45,305 bases of DNA from Escherichia virus TH11. The notes under the pieces are model-generated. The model was not told the DNA's origin. It saw nothing but the letters and a program-made list of their open reading frames with translations, and searched no databases. The translations under genes were made by a program, and so were the position numbers. Location: the sequence record MT446389.1; one strand, given 5' to 3'. Shown here piece by piece: positions 16,313-26,464 of this stretch (positions within the stretch are counted from its first letter, which is position 1; the number at the start of each line of letters is the position of its first letter).

Positions 16313-18955
16313 ATGGCAGATCAAGCGGCAGGCATCACGCTGAAGGCTGATGTTGCACAAATCAGAACGGCAAATACTGTGCTGGACTCCTTCGCACAGA
16401 AATCCGAGAACACAGAAAACAAGGTTAAGAAATTAAACGACACCCTCGGCAAATCCAAAAAGGTCACTGGCGACGCCGCTGGTGGAATGGAGAAGCTGGC
16501 GAACGAATCGCAGCGCGCCGCCGACGGCATGACGAAACAGGAGAGACTTGCCAACAGGTTAGGCATGTCGACCAAAAACCTGGGCTTTGCCTCGCGTAAC
16601 GCCGCATTCCAGTTACAGGATATCGCAGTTACGCTTGAGATGGGTATGCCTGTTCACCGCGTCATGCTTCAGCAGTTACCGCAGCTAACTGGGGCGTTCG
16701 GCGGTCTTGGTAACACGCTGCGTTTTGTTGCGGGCTTCCTCGGTCCGGTAGGGATCGGCATTGCAGCACTAACGGCAACGTTAGGCGTAGGAGTGGCGGT
16801 TACGTCCCGTGCCGAAAACCAGGTCGCAGCGCTTAACAAGACGCTGGCGCTGTCCGGTAACATTTCCGGCCTCACTGCAAACCAGATCCTTGTGCTATCC
16901 GAGAACGCCGAGCGCATGGGCGGGTCATTCCGCAAGACGCGTGACACAATCCAGGCGTTGGCGGCGGCGGGTGTGAAAGCGGGTGCGGACTTCGGCACGC
17001 TGGCGAAAGTGGTGAATGACTTTGCGAAGGTGTCCAGCCAGCCGGTCGAGGATGTGGTCGCGGCGGTGGCGAAGCTGTCTACAGACCCGGTAGGCGGCTT
17101 GCGAGCATTGGCTGATAAGTATCACGTCGTAAACGAAGCGCAGATCCAGCAGGTGCAGTCGCTTGTGGATATGGGTCGCGAAACCGAAGCGGTGGCGCTG
17201 GCTAACAAAACAGCCGCAGCGTCGTTTACCACTATGACCAACGATATTAAGTCCAACATGGGTACGCTTGAGCGTTCGATGAACGTCGTCACATCGGCAG
17301 CTAAATCAATGTGGGATGCCATCCTGGATGTTGGACGCGCGCAGTCCTCTAATGAGTCTGAGATGAAAGCGCGTGAATCATTGCAGAGGCTGACCACGGC
17401 TTACTATGCCGAGATGAAAGCGGTAAACGCTGCCGGTGGGGTGATGACCGAAGCGCAGAAAGCGCGTATTAACATGCTTTACAGCGAACTGGTAGCCCAG
17501 GAGAAGGTGGTGGCATCGCTCACCCTGCGCAACCGTGCCGAGCGAGACAACGCAAATGCCGCGGACGAAGCAGCAAAGGCGAACGAAGAGGCAAACCGCA
17601 CCGCCCGCGACCGCGCTGCGTTTGAGAAGGAGTACGCAACCAACGCGAAGCGGCGAGCCGACGAGATCGCCCGCCTCAATTTGCTGAATAAGCGCGGTGT
17701 TATTAACGAGAAAGAGCTTGCCGAGGCGGTGAAGCAGGTAAACGAGCGTTACAAAGACCCCGCCCCGAAGAAGGCCGCCGCTGTTCGAGTCGATGCCGGG
17801 CTGAAAATGCTGGAAGTCGCGCGAAGCGAATTAGCCCAGCTTCGTGAGTCTGGAAAGCAGATCGAAGCCAACTATTCGACGCAGACCCGCACGCAACGCG
17901 CGCAAGCGGCCCTTAACAAGCTGATTGCCGACAACGAGCAGTTAATCGCTGCGAGCAAAGAAAGGGCGCTGACGGCAGCAGAGAAGCAGCAAATGGCGGG
18001 ATTCGAGGCGGTTAAATCTGTACGCGAGCAGATCGTCGAAGAAGCCAAATTGCTGGACGCGAAAGAGAAGCAGGTCAAGGCGCACGCGCAGATCGACGCC
18101 TTCGTTAAGAACCAGAACGCCGAGCTAAAAGCCACCGCGGCGGGCTATGCGCTTTCCACTCGCGAAGCGGCTAACCTGCGCGAAGAATTGCAGCTAATTG
18201 ACCGCCTTAAGCGGGTGGGCGCTAGTGATACCGATATTGATCTGGCGGTGTCTAAGCTGCGCGAAGTGCAGGAAGCACAGACCGGTGCTAACGCCTCGCT
18301 ATGGGATGGATTAAGCCGCGGGCTTAAGGATAGCGTTGATGAAATGGGTAACGGCTATACGCAGATGGCGTCACTAACAAAATTCACGTTCGGCGCTATG
18401 CAGGACACGATGAACGAGTTTTTCGAGACTGGCAAGCTGAACGCAAAGGATATGGTTAAGTCCATCCTGAGCGAATTAATCAAGCTGGCTACATCGCAGG
18501 CGTTCAAGTCCATCGTTAGCGCTTTCGGTGGCGACGGCGGCAAAAACGGATTGTTCGGTGCTATCTTCTCCGGCCTGACTAAGAATGCGGACGGCGGAGC
18601 GTACGCAGGGGGCAATCTCGCGGCCTATTCGGGGCAAGTGGTAAGCCAGCCTACCTTTTTCAGTTACGGCGTCCAGGCGTTCGCTAAGGGTGCTGGATTG
18701 ATGGGGGAGGCTGGACCCGAGGCCATCATGCCGCTGAAGCGCGGGCCAGACGGGAAACTTGGCGTTGCCGCTGCCGGTGTAGGCGGGGGGATGATTGTAA
18801 CGACCAACGTTAACATGGGGACCGGTAAGACGGATACCAGTGTTAGCGGACCAGACCCGCGCACCGCGCAGGCGTTCGGAAAGCAAATCACCGAGTCGGT
18901 CAAGGCCGAGATCGTGAAGGCGACGAAACCGGGTGGTGTACTTTACAAACGATGA
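16313..18955 (+). CDS. tail tape measure protein
   Basis: 880 aa, A/Q/E/K-rich coiled coil, Gly-rich C-terminus, between chaperone and tip genes. Confidence 0.85.
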   Translation: MADQAAGITLKADVAQIRTANTVLDSFAQKSENTENKVKKLNDTLGKSKKVTGDAAGGMEKLANESQRAADGMTKQERLANRLGMSTKNLGFASRNAAFQLQDIAVTLEMGMPVHRVMLQQLPQLTGAFGGLGNTLRFVAGFLGPVGIGIAALTATLGVGVAVTSRAENQVAALNKTLALSGNISGLTANQILVLSENAERMGGSFRKTRDTIQALAAAGVKAGADFGTLAKVVNDFAKVSSQPVEDVVAAVAKLSTDPVGGLRALADKYHVVNEAQIQQVQSLVDMGRETEAVALANKTAAASFTTMTNDIKSNMGTLERSMNVVTSAAKSMWDAILDVGRAQSSNESEMKARESLQRLTTAYYAEMKAVNAAGGVMTEAQKARINMLYSELVAQEKVVASLTLRNRAERDNANAADEAAKANEEANRTARDRAAFEKEYATNAKRRADEIARLNLLNKRGVINEKELAEAVKQVNERYKDPAPKKAAAVRVDAGLKMLEVARSELAQLRESGKQIEANYSTQTRTQRAQAALNKLIADNEQLIAASKERALTAAEKQQMAGFEAVKSVREQIVEEAKLLDAKEKQVKAHAQIDAFVKNQNAELKATAAGYALSTREAANLREELQLIDRLKRVGASDTDIDLAVSKLREVQEAQTGANASLWDGLSRGLKDSVDEMGNGYTQMASLTKFTFGAMQDTMNEFFETGKLNAKDMVKSILSELIKLATSQAFKSIVSAFGGDGGKNGLFGAIFSGLTKNADGGAYAGGNLAAYSGQVVSQPTFFSYGVQAFAKGAGLMGEAGPEAIMPLKRGPDGKLGVAAAGVGGGMIVTTNVNMGTGKTDTSVSGPDPRTAQAFGKQITESVKAEIVKATKPGGVLYKR

Positions 18956-18961
18956 TAAAAT

Positions 18962-18990
18962 GGCCCTCACTACAACGTGGGGGCTTTTTT
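18962..18990 (+). terminator. hairpin plus T-run, possible attenuator
   Basis: gccctcac...gtgggggc with one wobble pair, then TTTTTT immediately before ATG 18991. Confidence 0.35.
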
Positions 18991-19590
18991 ATGTCACAAG
19001 GTACAATCACACTAACGAACGGAAGTAAGACCGTCACGGGCGCGGGGACGGCGTTCCTGAGCGAGATTGGGAAGGTCCGCGTATTTGCTCGCATCGACGG
19101 CAACGACTACACCGGCAAAATTGCAGCATTCAACTCTAACACCGTCATCACCCTGGCGGATAACTGGGCAGGTCCGACAAAAGCCGGTGTGGCTTATGAG
19201 CTAATCGAAGCGCACGACCCGCGATCAAACGAATGGCCATATTACTGGCACATGCAATTGCAGGGCGGCGGCGACGTGCAGTTAGCTTTCCGATCCGAGG
19301 AATTGCAATTCGGTAATGGTTACGGGCAGAACATCGCGGACGGCCCGAACGCCGAGACGAAACAATTTCCCGTGCAATTCATCGGACTGACTACTGACAA
19401 GTGGTGCGACCCTAAACTGGTTTACAACTTTCTTCGCGGTCACTTCGTCAAGCCGTTTGTTGTCACCGCGCCGGATGGCGAAACAGGTTTATTCGTGGTC
19501 GAGCGTTCGAGCTTGTCGTACACTGACAACGGACACAACACGGCAACGGTATCCGCCACCCTTAAGACAGCTATTGGATTCGTAAGATGA
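18991..19590 (+). CDS. minor tail protein (lambda M-like position)
   Basis: 199 aa first gene after tape measure; N-terminus GTITLTNGSKTVTGAGTAF resembles tail fiber N-terminus at 26465. Confidence 0.5.
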   Translation: MSQGTITLTNGSKTVTGAGTAFLSEIGKVRVFARIDGNDYTGKIAAFNSNTVITLADNWAGPTKAGVAYELIEAHDPRSNEWPYYWHMQLQGGGDVQLAFRSEELQFGNGYGQNIADGPNAETKQFPVQFIGLTTDKWCDPKLVYNFLRGHFVKPFVVTAPDGETGLFVVERSSLSYTDNGHNTATVSATLKTAIGFVR

Positions 19591-20375
19591 ATAAACTATA
19601 TCGCGAGGCGACGCGCTTTGACCCATCGGGCCGCGTTCGCCTGATTCACATTGACGCTCAGGACGTGGAGCCAGGCGATGGCGCGATCGGAGCGGGCCAC
19701 CACTATTTTCACTACTGCTTTATTCCGCACACTGCCGAAGATATTGCTGCCGCGGGTGGTGACGAGGACAAGCTAAAACCTAAATCCATCTTCTTCGGCG
19801 GGCAGGAGTTCGAATTTTGGCCCTTCGATCTGTCCGGCCTTAACTTCTCCACATCAACGGCAGCAGAACCGCAGCTAACCATCGTTGATATTGGCGGCAT
19901 AATCACCCGGCTGTCGCTGAATCACGACCAGCTACTGGGCGCGAAGGTTGAGATCATTGATACGTTCGCGAAGTTCCTGGATAACGGGTCGGATCCAGAC
20001 CCGACGCAAAAACGTGTCCAGGAGTATTACATCGACTCACAGGTAGGGCGCAATCCGGGCAAGCAGATCACCTTCGCGCTATCCTCCCCCGCGGATATGG
20101 AGGGGCAAGTAGTACCCCGCCGCCAGATCATGAACATGTGCGAATGGGCGCTCAATGGGAAGTACGCCAGCGGTGACGGTTGCACATGGAACCTCGCACA
20201 GCCGGGCATCAAGTATTACGACGAGCGCGGAAACGAAGTCATCTCGATGACTATGGACCGATGCGGTGGATGCTTGTCGGACTGCTATCTTCGTTTTGGA
20301 CAAGGTCTTGCGGACCCAAAAGCCGCAGTGTTGGACTTCGGCGGTTTTCCTGGGTCGAAATTGATTAAGGGGTAG
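19587..20375 (+). CDS. minor tail protein L-like
   Basis: 262 aa; C-terminal cysteine cluster as in lambda gpL Fe-S site; synteny M-L-K-I-J. Confidence 0.75.
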   Translation: MNKLYREATRFDPSGRVRLIHIDAQDVEPGDGAIGAGHHYFHYCFIPHTAEDIAAAGGDEDKLKPKSIFFGGQEFEFWPFDLSGLNFSTSTAAEPQLTIVDIGGIITRLSLNHDQLLGAKVEIIDTFAKFLDNGSDPDPTQKRVQEYYIDSQVGRNPGKQITFALSSPADMEGQVVPRRQIMNMCEWALNGKYASGDGCTWNLAQPGIKYYDERGNEVISMTMDRCGGCLSDCYLRFGQGLADPKAAVLDFGGFPGSKLIKG

Positions 20376-20377
20376 TC

Positions 20378-21118
20378 ATGTTGACGAAAAAGGTTAAAAG
20401 TGATATCGCCGCACACGTTGCGGCATGTCTGCCGGAAGAAGCCTGCGGGCTGGTCGTCATGGTGGGCCGTAAGCAAGTATTCATCCCGTGCCTGAACGTC
20501 TTCGAAGACCCGACCGGCGTGCGCTCACGCAGAGACGCATTCACGATTAGTGATATGGCCTGGATGGATGCCGAGGATATGGGCGACGTCGTGCGAGTAG
20601 TCCACTCGCATCCAGGCCAGCGAGAGCTTACACCCTCACTTGGCGACGTTAACGGATGCAACGGCAGCGGCGTAGTCTGGACCATCACTAACGAATATGG
20701 CGACTTTATCGAGATCGACCCTGAAGACCCGCCGCTGGTAGGCCGCCGATTTGTTCTCGGAATTACAGATTGTTATGGCCTCGTCATGGACTGGCACAAA
20801 AAGCAGGGTGTAAACCTGCCAGACTTCCGCGTGCCGTATAACTGGTGGGAGACAGGCGAAAATCTGTATATGGATAATTGGTACGGTGCGGGCTTCAGGG
20901 AATGCGAGGAGAATACGCCGGGGGCAATGGTCATCATGCAGATTAGCGCGCCTGTGCCTAACCACGCTGGGATATTCCTTCCAGGCAACCAACTACTACA
21001 CCATATCTACGGCAGCCTGTCGAGCGTGATTCCCTTCCGGGCAGGATTTTTCCGCGACAATGTGGTTAAATGGGTACGTCATAAAGACCTACCAGGGAAT
21101 ATCACAGAATGGCAATGA
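20378..21118 (+). CDS. tail assembly protein K-like (JAMM/MPN plus NlpC/P60)
   Basis: HSHP...S..D JAMM-type motif (VVHSHPGQRELTPSLGD) and C-terminal Cys/His of NlpC/P60 type. Confidence 0.8.
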   Translation: MLTKKVKSDIAAHVAACLPEEACGLVVMVGRKQVFIPCLNVFEDPTGVRSRRDAFTISDMAWMDAEDMGDVVRVVHSHPGQRELTPSLGDVNGCNGSGVVWTITNEYGDFIEIDPEDPPLVGRRFVLGITDCYGLVMDWHKKQGVNLPDFRVPYNWWETGENLYMDNWYGAGFRECEENTPGAMVIMQISAPVPNHAGIFLPGNQLLHHIYGSLSSVIPFRAGFFRDNVVKWVRHKDLPGNITEWQ

Positions 21119-21726
21119 CCACGTTTAAATTGTACGGCGTCTTAGGGCGTCGTTTTGGTAAAGTGCATAAGCTGGACTGCTTCACACCGGGAGAAGGCAT
21201 CACCGGCCTGTGTGTGAAGTTGCCAGGGTTACAAGACTTTTTAATGTCGGCCCACCTGGACAATATGATGTTCAAGGTGCGCAAAGGCAACCACACGATG
21301 ACCGGTTATGATGAGCTTGGCGAGTTCCACGGCGACCGCGTCGTTACCATCGCGCCGGTTATGACGGGGGCAAAAAGCGGACTGGGCCAATTGCTGGCGG
21401 GTGTCGCGATTGTAGTGGCGTCGTTCTATACTGGCGGACTTGCTACTGCCGCTTTCGGGGCTTCGGCTGCAACCGCTGCCGCTATCGGTACGGCTACATT
21501 TTCGTTTGGCATGTCGCTTGCGCTGGGCGGTGCTATGCAATTGCTGTCGCCGCAGCCGAAAGGATTGCAGACCCGGCAGGACGTGGATAACAAAGCGTCG
21601 TATGCGTTCGGCGGCCCAGTAAACACGACCGCGCAAGGTACGGCGCTTGGTGTATTATGGGGCGAGCGTGAGATCGGCGGCGCTATTATTTCAGCCGGAA
21701 TCGTAACCGAGGATTTGAACGAATGA
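21109..21726 (+). CDS. tail assembly protein I-like
   Basis: 205 aa, Gly/Ala-rich hydrophobic C-terminal half, between K-like and J-like genes. Confidence 0.7.
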   Translation: MAMTTFKLYGVLGRRFGKVHKLDCFTPGEGITGLCVKLPGLQDFLMSAHLDNMMFKVRKGNHTMTGYDELGEFHGDRVVTIAPVMTGAKSGLGQLLAGVAIVVASFYTGGLATAAFGASAATAAAIGTATFSFGMSLALGGAMQLLSPQPKGLQTRQDVDNKASYAFGGPVNTTAQGTALGVLWGEREIGGAIISAGIVTEDLNE

Positions 21727-24700
21727 CGATTGTCTATGACGTCACAGGCCATAAAGGCGGCGGTGGCAAACAGCACACCCCACAGGAGACACCCGATAGC
21801 CTGCATTCGCTGGCTAAAATCCGCATCTTGCTTGCGCTGGGAGAAGGTGAGTTCGAAGGTATTCCAGACCCTAACGAATTACGGCGGCGCGTATATCTGG
21901 ACGGAACACCGATCCAGAATGCAGACCTGTCTGAAAACTTCCCAGGCGCGCGTGTGGAGTTCCGCCCCGGAACACAGCACCAGGATGTGATCCACGGATT
22001 TTCAGCGGTGGAAAGTGAGCAATCTGTCGGCGTAAAACTGGAAAACGGCACGCCGTGGGTGCGCCAGATTAACGACACCAGTTTGGACGCCGTGCGCATT
22101 CGCATCGGCATTCCGGCCCTGTACACAAACGAAGATAATGGCGACCTGGTGGGCGGGCGCATCGACTATAAGATCGTTGTGTATACGGATAACGCGGACC
22201 CGCGTGAGTTCAGATTCGCCGCCGTTGGTAAAACAATGTCGCTGTATGAGCGTGACCACCGCATCGAATTACCTCCGAACGTTAACACCGGCTGGCGCGT
22301 GGAGGTGCACCGCATAACGGCAGACTCCACATCGGCGAAAGTGGTTAATGATATCCAGGTGCAATCCATCACTGAGATTATTGACGCCCGCCTGCGTTAC
22401 CCGCTAACCGCGCTGTTGTTCGTGGAGTTCGACGCTAAAGCGTTCCAGAACATCCCGCGCGTGTCCATTAAGTGCAAAGGTCGCAAGGTGTTGATCCCGA
22501 ACAACTACGACCCGATTAACCATACCTATTCGGGCGACTGGGACGGCACGTTTAAACGCGCATGGACGGATAACCCAGCGTGGCACTGGTACGATATTTG
22601 TATTACTGAGCGCTTCGGCCTCGGGCGTAGGATCAAGCCGCAAATGCTGAACCGGTACGCGCTATACCAGATTGCGCAGCGCTGCGACCAGATGGTAAGC
22701 GACGGCAACGGCGGGCAGGAAATCCGATTTAAGAATGATATGTACATCCAGTCGCAGACCGACGCCTGGACCGTGCTTAAGGATCTAGCTGCCATCTTTG
22801 CCGGTATGACCTGGTGGGGAAACCAGATGTTGAATATCGTAAGCGACCAGCCGGTCGCAGCGGTATCGCACACTATCACCAACGCCTCGGTTATTGATGG
22901 TAGATTCGACTACGCATCGGGTAGCCAGAAAACTCGCTATTCCACGTTCGCGGTAGCATACGGCAACCCGAAGAACCACTACGAAGACGCCATCGCAACG
23001 GGCCAGCGTGTCGAACTGGTGCGCCGCCATAAAATCAACCGCCTTGATATTACGGCGATCGGCTGTACGCGTGAATCAGAAGCGCAACGCCGCGGTCACT
23101 GGGCGCTAATCTCCAACCAGCTTGACCAGCAAGTTAGCTTTAAGGTTGGCATGGAGGGACTTTTCTTTATTCCGGGTAGCGTAGTCGCGATCGCGGATAC
23201 AAACATTTCTGGCGGCTTCGAGACTCGCGGCGGTCGCCTGTTGTCGGATCCTGGCACGCGGACGGTGCTGAACACAGACAGCGAAATCACGTTCCGCCCT
23301 GGCGATAAATTCCTGGTACGCACCGATAGCGGTAATGTGGAGACTCGCGAGATCGCCAGCGTCAACGGCAACAAGGTTACGCTAAAAACCGCACTGGATG
23401 CCGACCCGATTCCGGACCAGCCGTTTTGCGTTGATGGCGACGATATCCAGTTGCAGAAGTTCCGCATCACCGACCTGGAATATGACGACTCTACCAGCAC
23501 TTTTTCAGTGCGCGGGATCGAGTACAACGATAGCAAATACGATGCCGTTGATAATGGCGCTCGTCTTGACCCAGGCATCTTTACGCAAGTGCCTGACGGC
23601 GTAATGAAGGGGCCGGAGTCCGTGACCATCACCCCGTCGCAGATTTCATCGCAAGGCCAGCTAATCACCAACGTGGATATTGTTTTCCCGCCGGTGAAGG
23701 ATGCCGTTGTATATGAAATCCAGTGGCGGCGTACCAGCCTGCAGAATATGGAAATCCAGTGGGGTAACGACTGGGTGAACATTCCCCGCACGGCATCGAA
23801 CGGTGCGCACATCCCGAACGTGTTTTCCGGAAACTATCAGGCGCGCGTTCGCGCAATCGGTATGGGCGAAATTTCATCCCCGTGGGTGTCGTCTGCCATC
23901 ACGCCGATCGAAGGTCGTCTCGGTGGGCTTAACGCGCCTATCATCACAAACGCTATTCCGGGCCTCCACCAAATTCTATGGAAGTGGAACCACAACAACG
24001 CCGCTACGGATATATCATACACCGAGCTTGAAGTCCGCAAGCGGGGCGAAATGGAATGGAAGTTCTTGACCAACGTCCCATATCCGGGGTCAGACTATGC
24101 GCAAACGTCGCTGGAGTTCGGGATCTACCAGCAGTTGCGCGCCCGTGTAGCAGATAAAATCGGCAACCTGTCGGACTGGTCCGCCCCGTTTGAAGGCCAG
24201 GTGAGTGACAAAGTTGACGAGTACATGAAGGGGCTTGATGACGAGTTCTTGACTTCCGAGGATGGTAAACACTTCCAGGAAGCAATAGACACGATCCCGC
24301 AAGGTATCTATGAGTCTATGCTCACCGACGCCCAGCAGCTATTCAATGCCCGCGCCGAGTATAAAGGGATTTATGCGGAAATAACGGTGGCGTATAACGT
24401 GGCGACGGACGCCCACAAGGCGGTAGCGCAACTTGAGACGTTGATCGGAACGCGCCTTGACGATGCGGAAGCGTCAATCCACACGTTGCAGACCGCGCAA
24501 AGCACGCACGAACAAGCGTTCGCCCAGTACCAACAAACTGTTGCCGCTAAGTTCGGGGAACAGGAAGCCGCCATCCAGCAAGTACAAACGGCAACGGCAG
24601 ACGTAGCGGGCGCACTGGCGGAGTATAAGACCCAGGTCGCGGCGCAGTTCGGGCAGCAGTCCGCAGCTATCGAGCAGAAGATGACGTCCACGTTTAACCA

Positions 24701-25169
24701 TGCCGGTGGCAACGCCACATACAGCCTTAAGGCGGGCGTGACGTATAACGGGACTTACTACGATGCCGGTATGCAGCTTTCAGTTGTGGCGGAAGGCGGT
24801 GCGGTTAAATCCCGCATCGCGTTCAAGGCGGACCAGTTCTACATCATGCACCCGTCGAATGGGTCGCTTACATCCGCGTTTATCGTCGACGGCGGGCAGG
24901 TGTACATCGACACAGCACGTATCAAGAACGCGTCAATCAACTTCGCGCAGATCACTGACACGCTTCAGTCCAATAACTGGAATCCGGGCAGCAGCGGCTG
25001 GCGTATCGCGAAGGATGGCGGGGCGGAGTTCAACAACGTAACGGTACGCGGCAACCTGTTCGCGACCACGGGTAACTTCGGATTCTCCGGCGGGTCGGTA
25101 CAGATCGACGCAACCGGCATTAACGTGCCATTACCTGGAGGGGGTAGGGTGAAAGTAGGGACGTGGTAA
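21723..25169 (+). CDS. central tail fiber / host specificity protein J-like
   Basis: 1148 aa following I-like gene; size and synteny typical of lambda J. Confidence 0.85.
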   Translation: MTIVYDVTGHKGGGGKQHTPQETPDSLHSLAKIRILLALGEGEFEGIPDPNELRRRVYLDGTPIQNADLSENFPGARVEFRPGTQHQDVIHGFSAVESEQSVGVKLENGTPWVRQINDTSLDAVRIRIGIPALYTNEDNGDLVGGRIDYKIVVYTDNADPREFRFAAVGKTMSLYERDHRIELPPNVNTGWRVEVHRITADSTSAKVVNDIQVQSITEIIDARLRYPLTALLFVEFDAKAFQNIPRVSIKCKGRKVLIPNNYDPINHTYSGDWDGTFKRAWTDNPAWHWYDICITERFGLGRRIKPQMLNRYALYQIAQRCDQMVSDGNGGQEIRFKNDMYIQSQTDAWTVLKDLAAIFAGMTWWGNQMLNIVSDQPVAAVSHTITNASVIDGRFDYASGSQKTRYSTFAVAYGNPKNHYEDAIATGQRVELVRRHKINRLDITAIGCTRESEAQRRGHWALISNQLDQQVSFKVGMEGLFFIPGSVVAIADTNISGGFETRGGRLLSDPGTRTVLNTDSEITFRPGDKFLVRTDSGNVETREIASVNGNKVTLKTALDADPIPDQPFCVDGDDIQLQKFRITDLEYDDSTSTFSVRGIEYNDSKYDAVDNGARLDPGIFTQVPDGVMKGPESVTITPSQISSQGQLITNVDIVFPPVKDAVVYEIQWRRTSLQNMEIQWGNDWVNIPRTASNGAHIPNVFSGNYQARVRAIGMGEISSPWVSSAITPIEGRLGGLNAPIITNAIPGLHQILWKWNHNNAATDISYTELEVRKRGEMEWKFLTNVPYPGSDYAQTSLEFGIYQQLRARVADKIGNLSDWSAPFEGQVSDKVDEYMKGLDDEFLTSEDGKHFQEAIDTIPQGIYESMLTDAQQLFNARAEYKGIYAEITVAYNVATDAHKAVAQLETLIGTRLDDAEASIHTLQTAQSTHEQAFAQYQQTVAAKFGEQEAAIQQVQTATADVAGALAEYKTQVAAQFGQQSAAIEQKMTSTFNHAGGNATYSLKAGVTYNGTYYDAGMQLSVVAEGGAVKSRIAFKADQFYIMHPSNGSLTSAFIVDGGQVYIDTARIKNASINFAQITDTLQSNNWNPGSSGWRIAKDGGAEFNNVTVRGNLFATTGNFGFSGGSVQIDATGINVPLPGGGRVKVGTW

Positions 25170-25172
25170 ATG

Positions 25173-25197
25173 CGAAGGGGCCATATGGCCCCTTTTA
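25173..25197. terminator. bidirectional hairpin terminator
   Basis: Palindrome aaggggccatatggcccctt between convergent genes. Confidence 0.55.
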
Positions 25198-26160
25198 ATA
25201 TATGTTAGGAATGACGAGTAACGGGGTTGGTACTGCAATATTTTTACCCGGCATTTGGAATTGTTGCCGTGAGTAGTTGCCAATGACGCGGTTTTTAGCT
25301 ATGCGCACATTATTGCCCGCCATTCGTATACCGTTCATGCGTACGTGGTTATAGCCGCCGTTGTTCTCAATAAGCGCGCCGGTGTATGAAAGCTGGACCA
25401 GGCTGTTACCGATGTACTGATCGCCGCCGCCGATATTAATAAGGCGGTCATAAACAAACGGCTTATTCACAGTTGAGAACGTGACCTGACCCTGGTTGTT
25501 TGTCATGGTGATGCCGTTCCCAGGGGTGGGCGGCGTATTGTTGAATATAACCAAGTCCATTTCAACAGCCGCGCCTACGTCGTCAATCCCACCATAGGAT
25601 GCATTACGGACGATAATACTTCCGCCATCGAAGCCGACAGACACGTTTCCGTCGTCCCAGCGCGCGAACGGAACGCCGCTTACTGGTAACGGCATACTTC
25701 CGTTCACCCACACGCGCTGCGCATATTGGCAGGTCATCAGCCTGGATACGTTCGATATCGCGGTGAAGTCCGTCGAGTTCGCCACCAGTAAGCCCGCGTT
25801 GCGCGACCCCACCGGCAGCACTTCCATAATCACCCCGCCCCATGAGGGAAGCCCGCTATATGCGTTATACGCGTCCTCACCGCGCAAGGTGATTCCGCTA
25901 TCCCCGTTACGCTGTATTGACGTTATGTAAAACGGATCTGGCAAGACCAGTGTCTGGTCGAAGACTTCCATCACTTCAACGGGACTTGTTAGCACGACGA
26001 CCAGATCTGACCCCGGCGTTAGCGGAGTGTTAATAGTTAGCGTCTTATCAGACTGGCAGCGCTGATAGAATGATGTACAGAATGACGGCGCGCGAAGTCC
26101 TGCGGTAATCTCCATGCGCGGCCTTCCGTCGTTGTAGTCGATAAGTATCCCAGCGCCCAT
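25195..26160 (-). CDS. hypothetical Gly/Asn/Ser-rich protein, possibly tail-associated
   Basis: About 321 aa from ATG at 26160 with RBS GGGAG; no signal peptide; co-oriented with upstream lipoprotein gene. Confidence 0.45.
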   Translation of the reverse strand: MGAGILIDYNDGRPRMEITAGLRAPSFCTSFYQRCQSDKTLTINTPLTPGSDLVVVLTSPVEVMEVFDQTLVLPDPFYITSIQRNGDSGITLRGEDAYNAYSGLPSWGGVIMEVLPVGSRNAGLLVANSTDFTAISNVSRLMTCQYAQRVWVNGSMPLPVSGVPFARWDDGNVSVGFDGGSIIVRNASYGGIDDVGAAVEMDLVIFNNTPPTPGNGITMTNNQGQVTFSTVNKPFVYDRLINIGGGDQYIGNSLVQLSYTGALIENNGGYNHVRMNGIRMAGNNVRIAKNRVIGNYSRQQFQMPGKNIAVPTPLLVIPNIY

Positions 26161-26162
26161 TA

Positions 26163-26384
26163 TTACCACTCCCGTGATTTAACTGATACCGTACCAGAGA
26201 AGTTGCCGTCACTATCGGCAGACAGACCAGTGAAGCGCATATCCACATCTCCGGCTGGCACTTTCTTCCCGTCGACGTAGCGCAACATGCAGCTACCGTA
26301 GGCAACCGTAATGCAATCGCCGTTGTTGCGTTCTACAGCACAACCGGACAACAGAACCGCACAAATCATAATTAAAGTTTTCAT
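26163..26384 (-). CDS. small lipoprotein, candidate superinfection-exclusion factor
   Basis: 73 aa from internal ATG; signal peptide MKTLIMICAVLLSGC with lipobox; RBS AGGAG; between RBP-type genes. Confidence 0.55.
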   Translation of the reverse strand: MKTLIMICAVLLSGCAVERNNGDCITVAYGSCMLRYVDGKKVPAGDVDMRFTGLSADSDGNFSGTVSVKSREW

Positions 26385-26438
26385 GGTATCATCTCCTATA
26401 TTTGGTTGAGTTTTAGTATTACACCGCTCGATCAAGAA

Positions 26439-26448
26439 TGCAACCAAT
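26439..26448. promoter_or_regulatory. TGCAACCAAT motif between divergent lipoprotein and tail fiber genes
   Basis: Motif with -35-like TTGCAT on minus strand and TACTAA about 18 nt downstream, pointing at lipoprotein gene. Confidence 0.4.
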
Positions 26449-26464
26449 TTACGAGGATTTAGCT

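Noticed and set aside
23096-23812. 238-aa minus-strand ORF
   Set aside because: Antisense to the J-like tail protein gene; Ser/Pro-rich shadow ORF.
26438-26464. ATG at 26438 as tail fiber start codon
   Set aside because: That ATG is the first three bases of the recurrent ATGCAACCAAT regulatory motif; the ATG at 26465 has a GAGGA RBS and starts the conserved fiber N-terminus.
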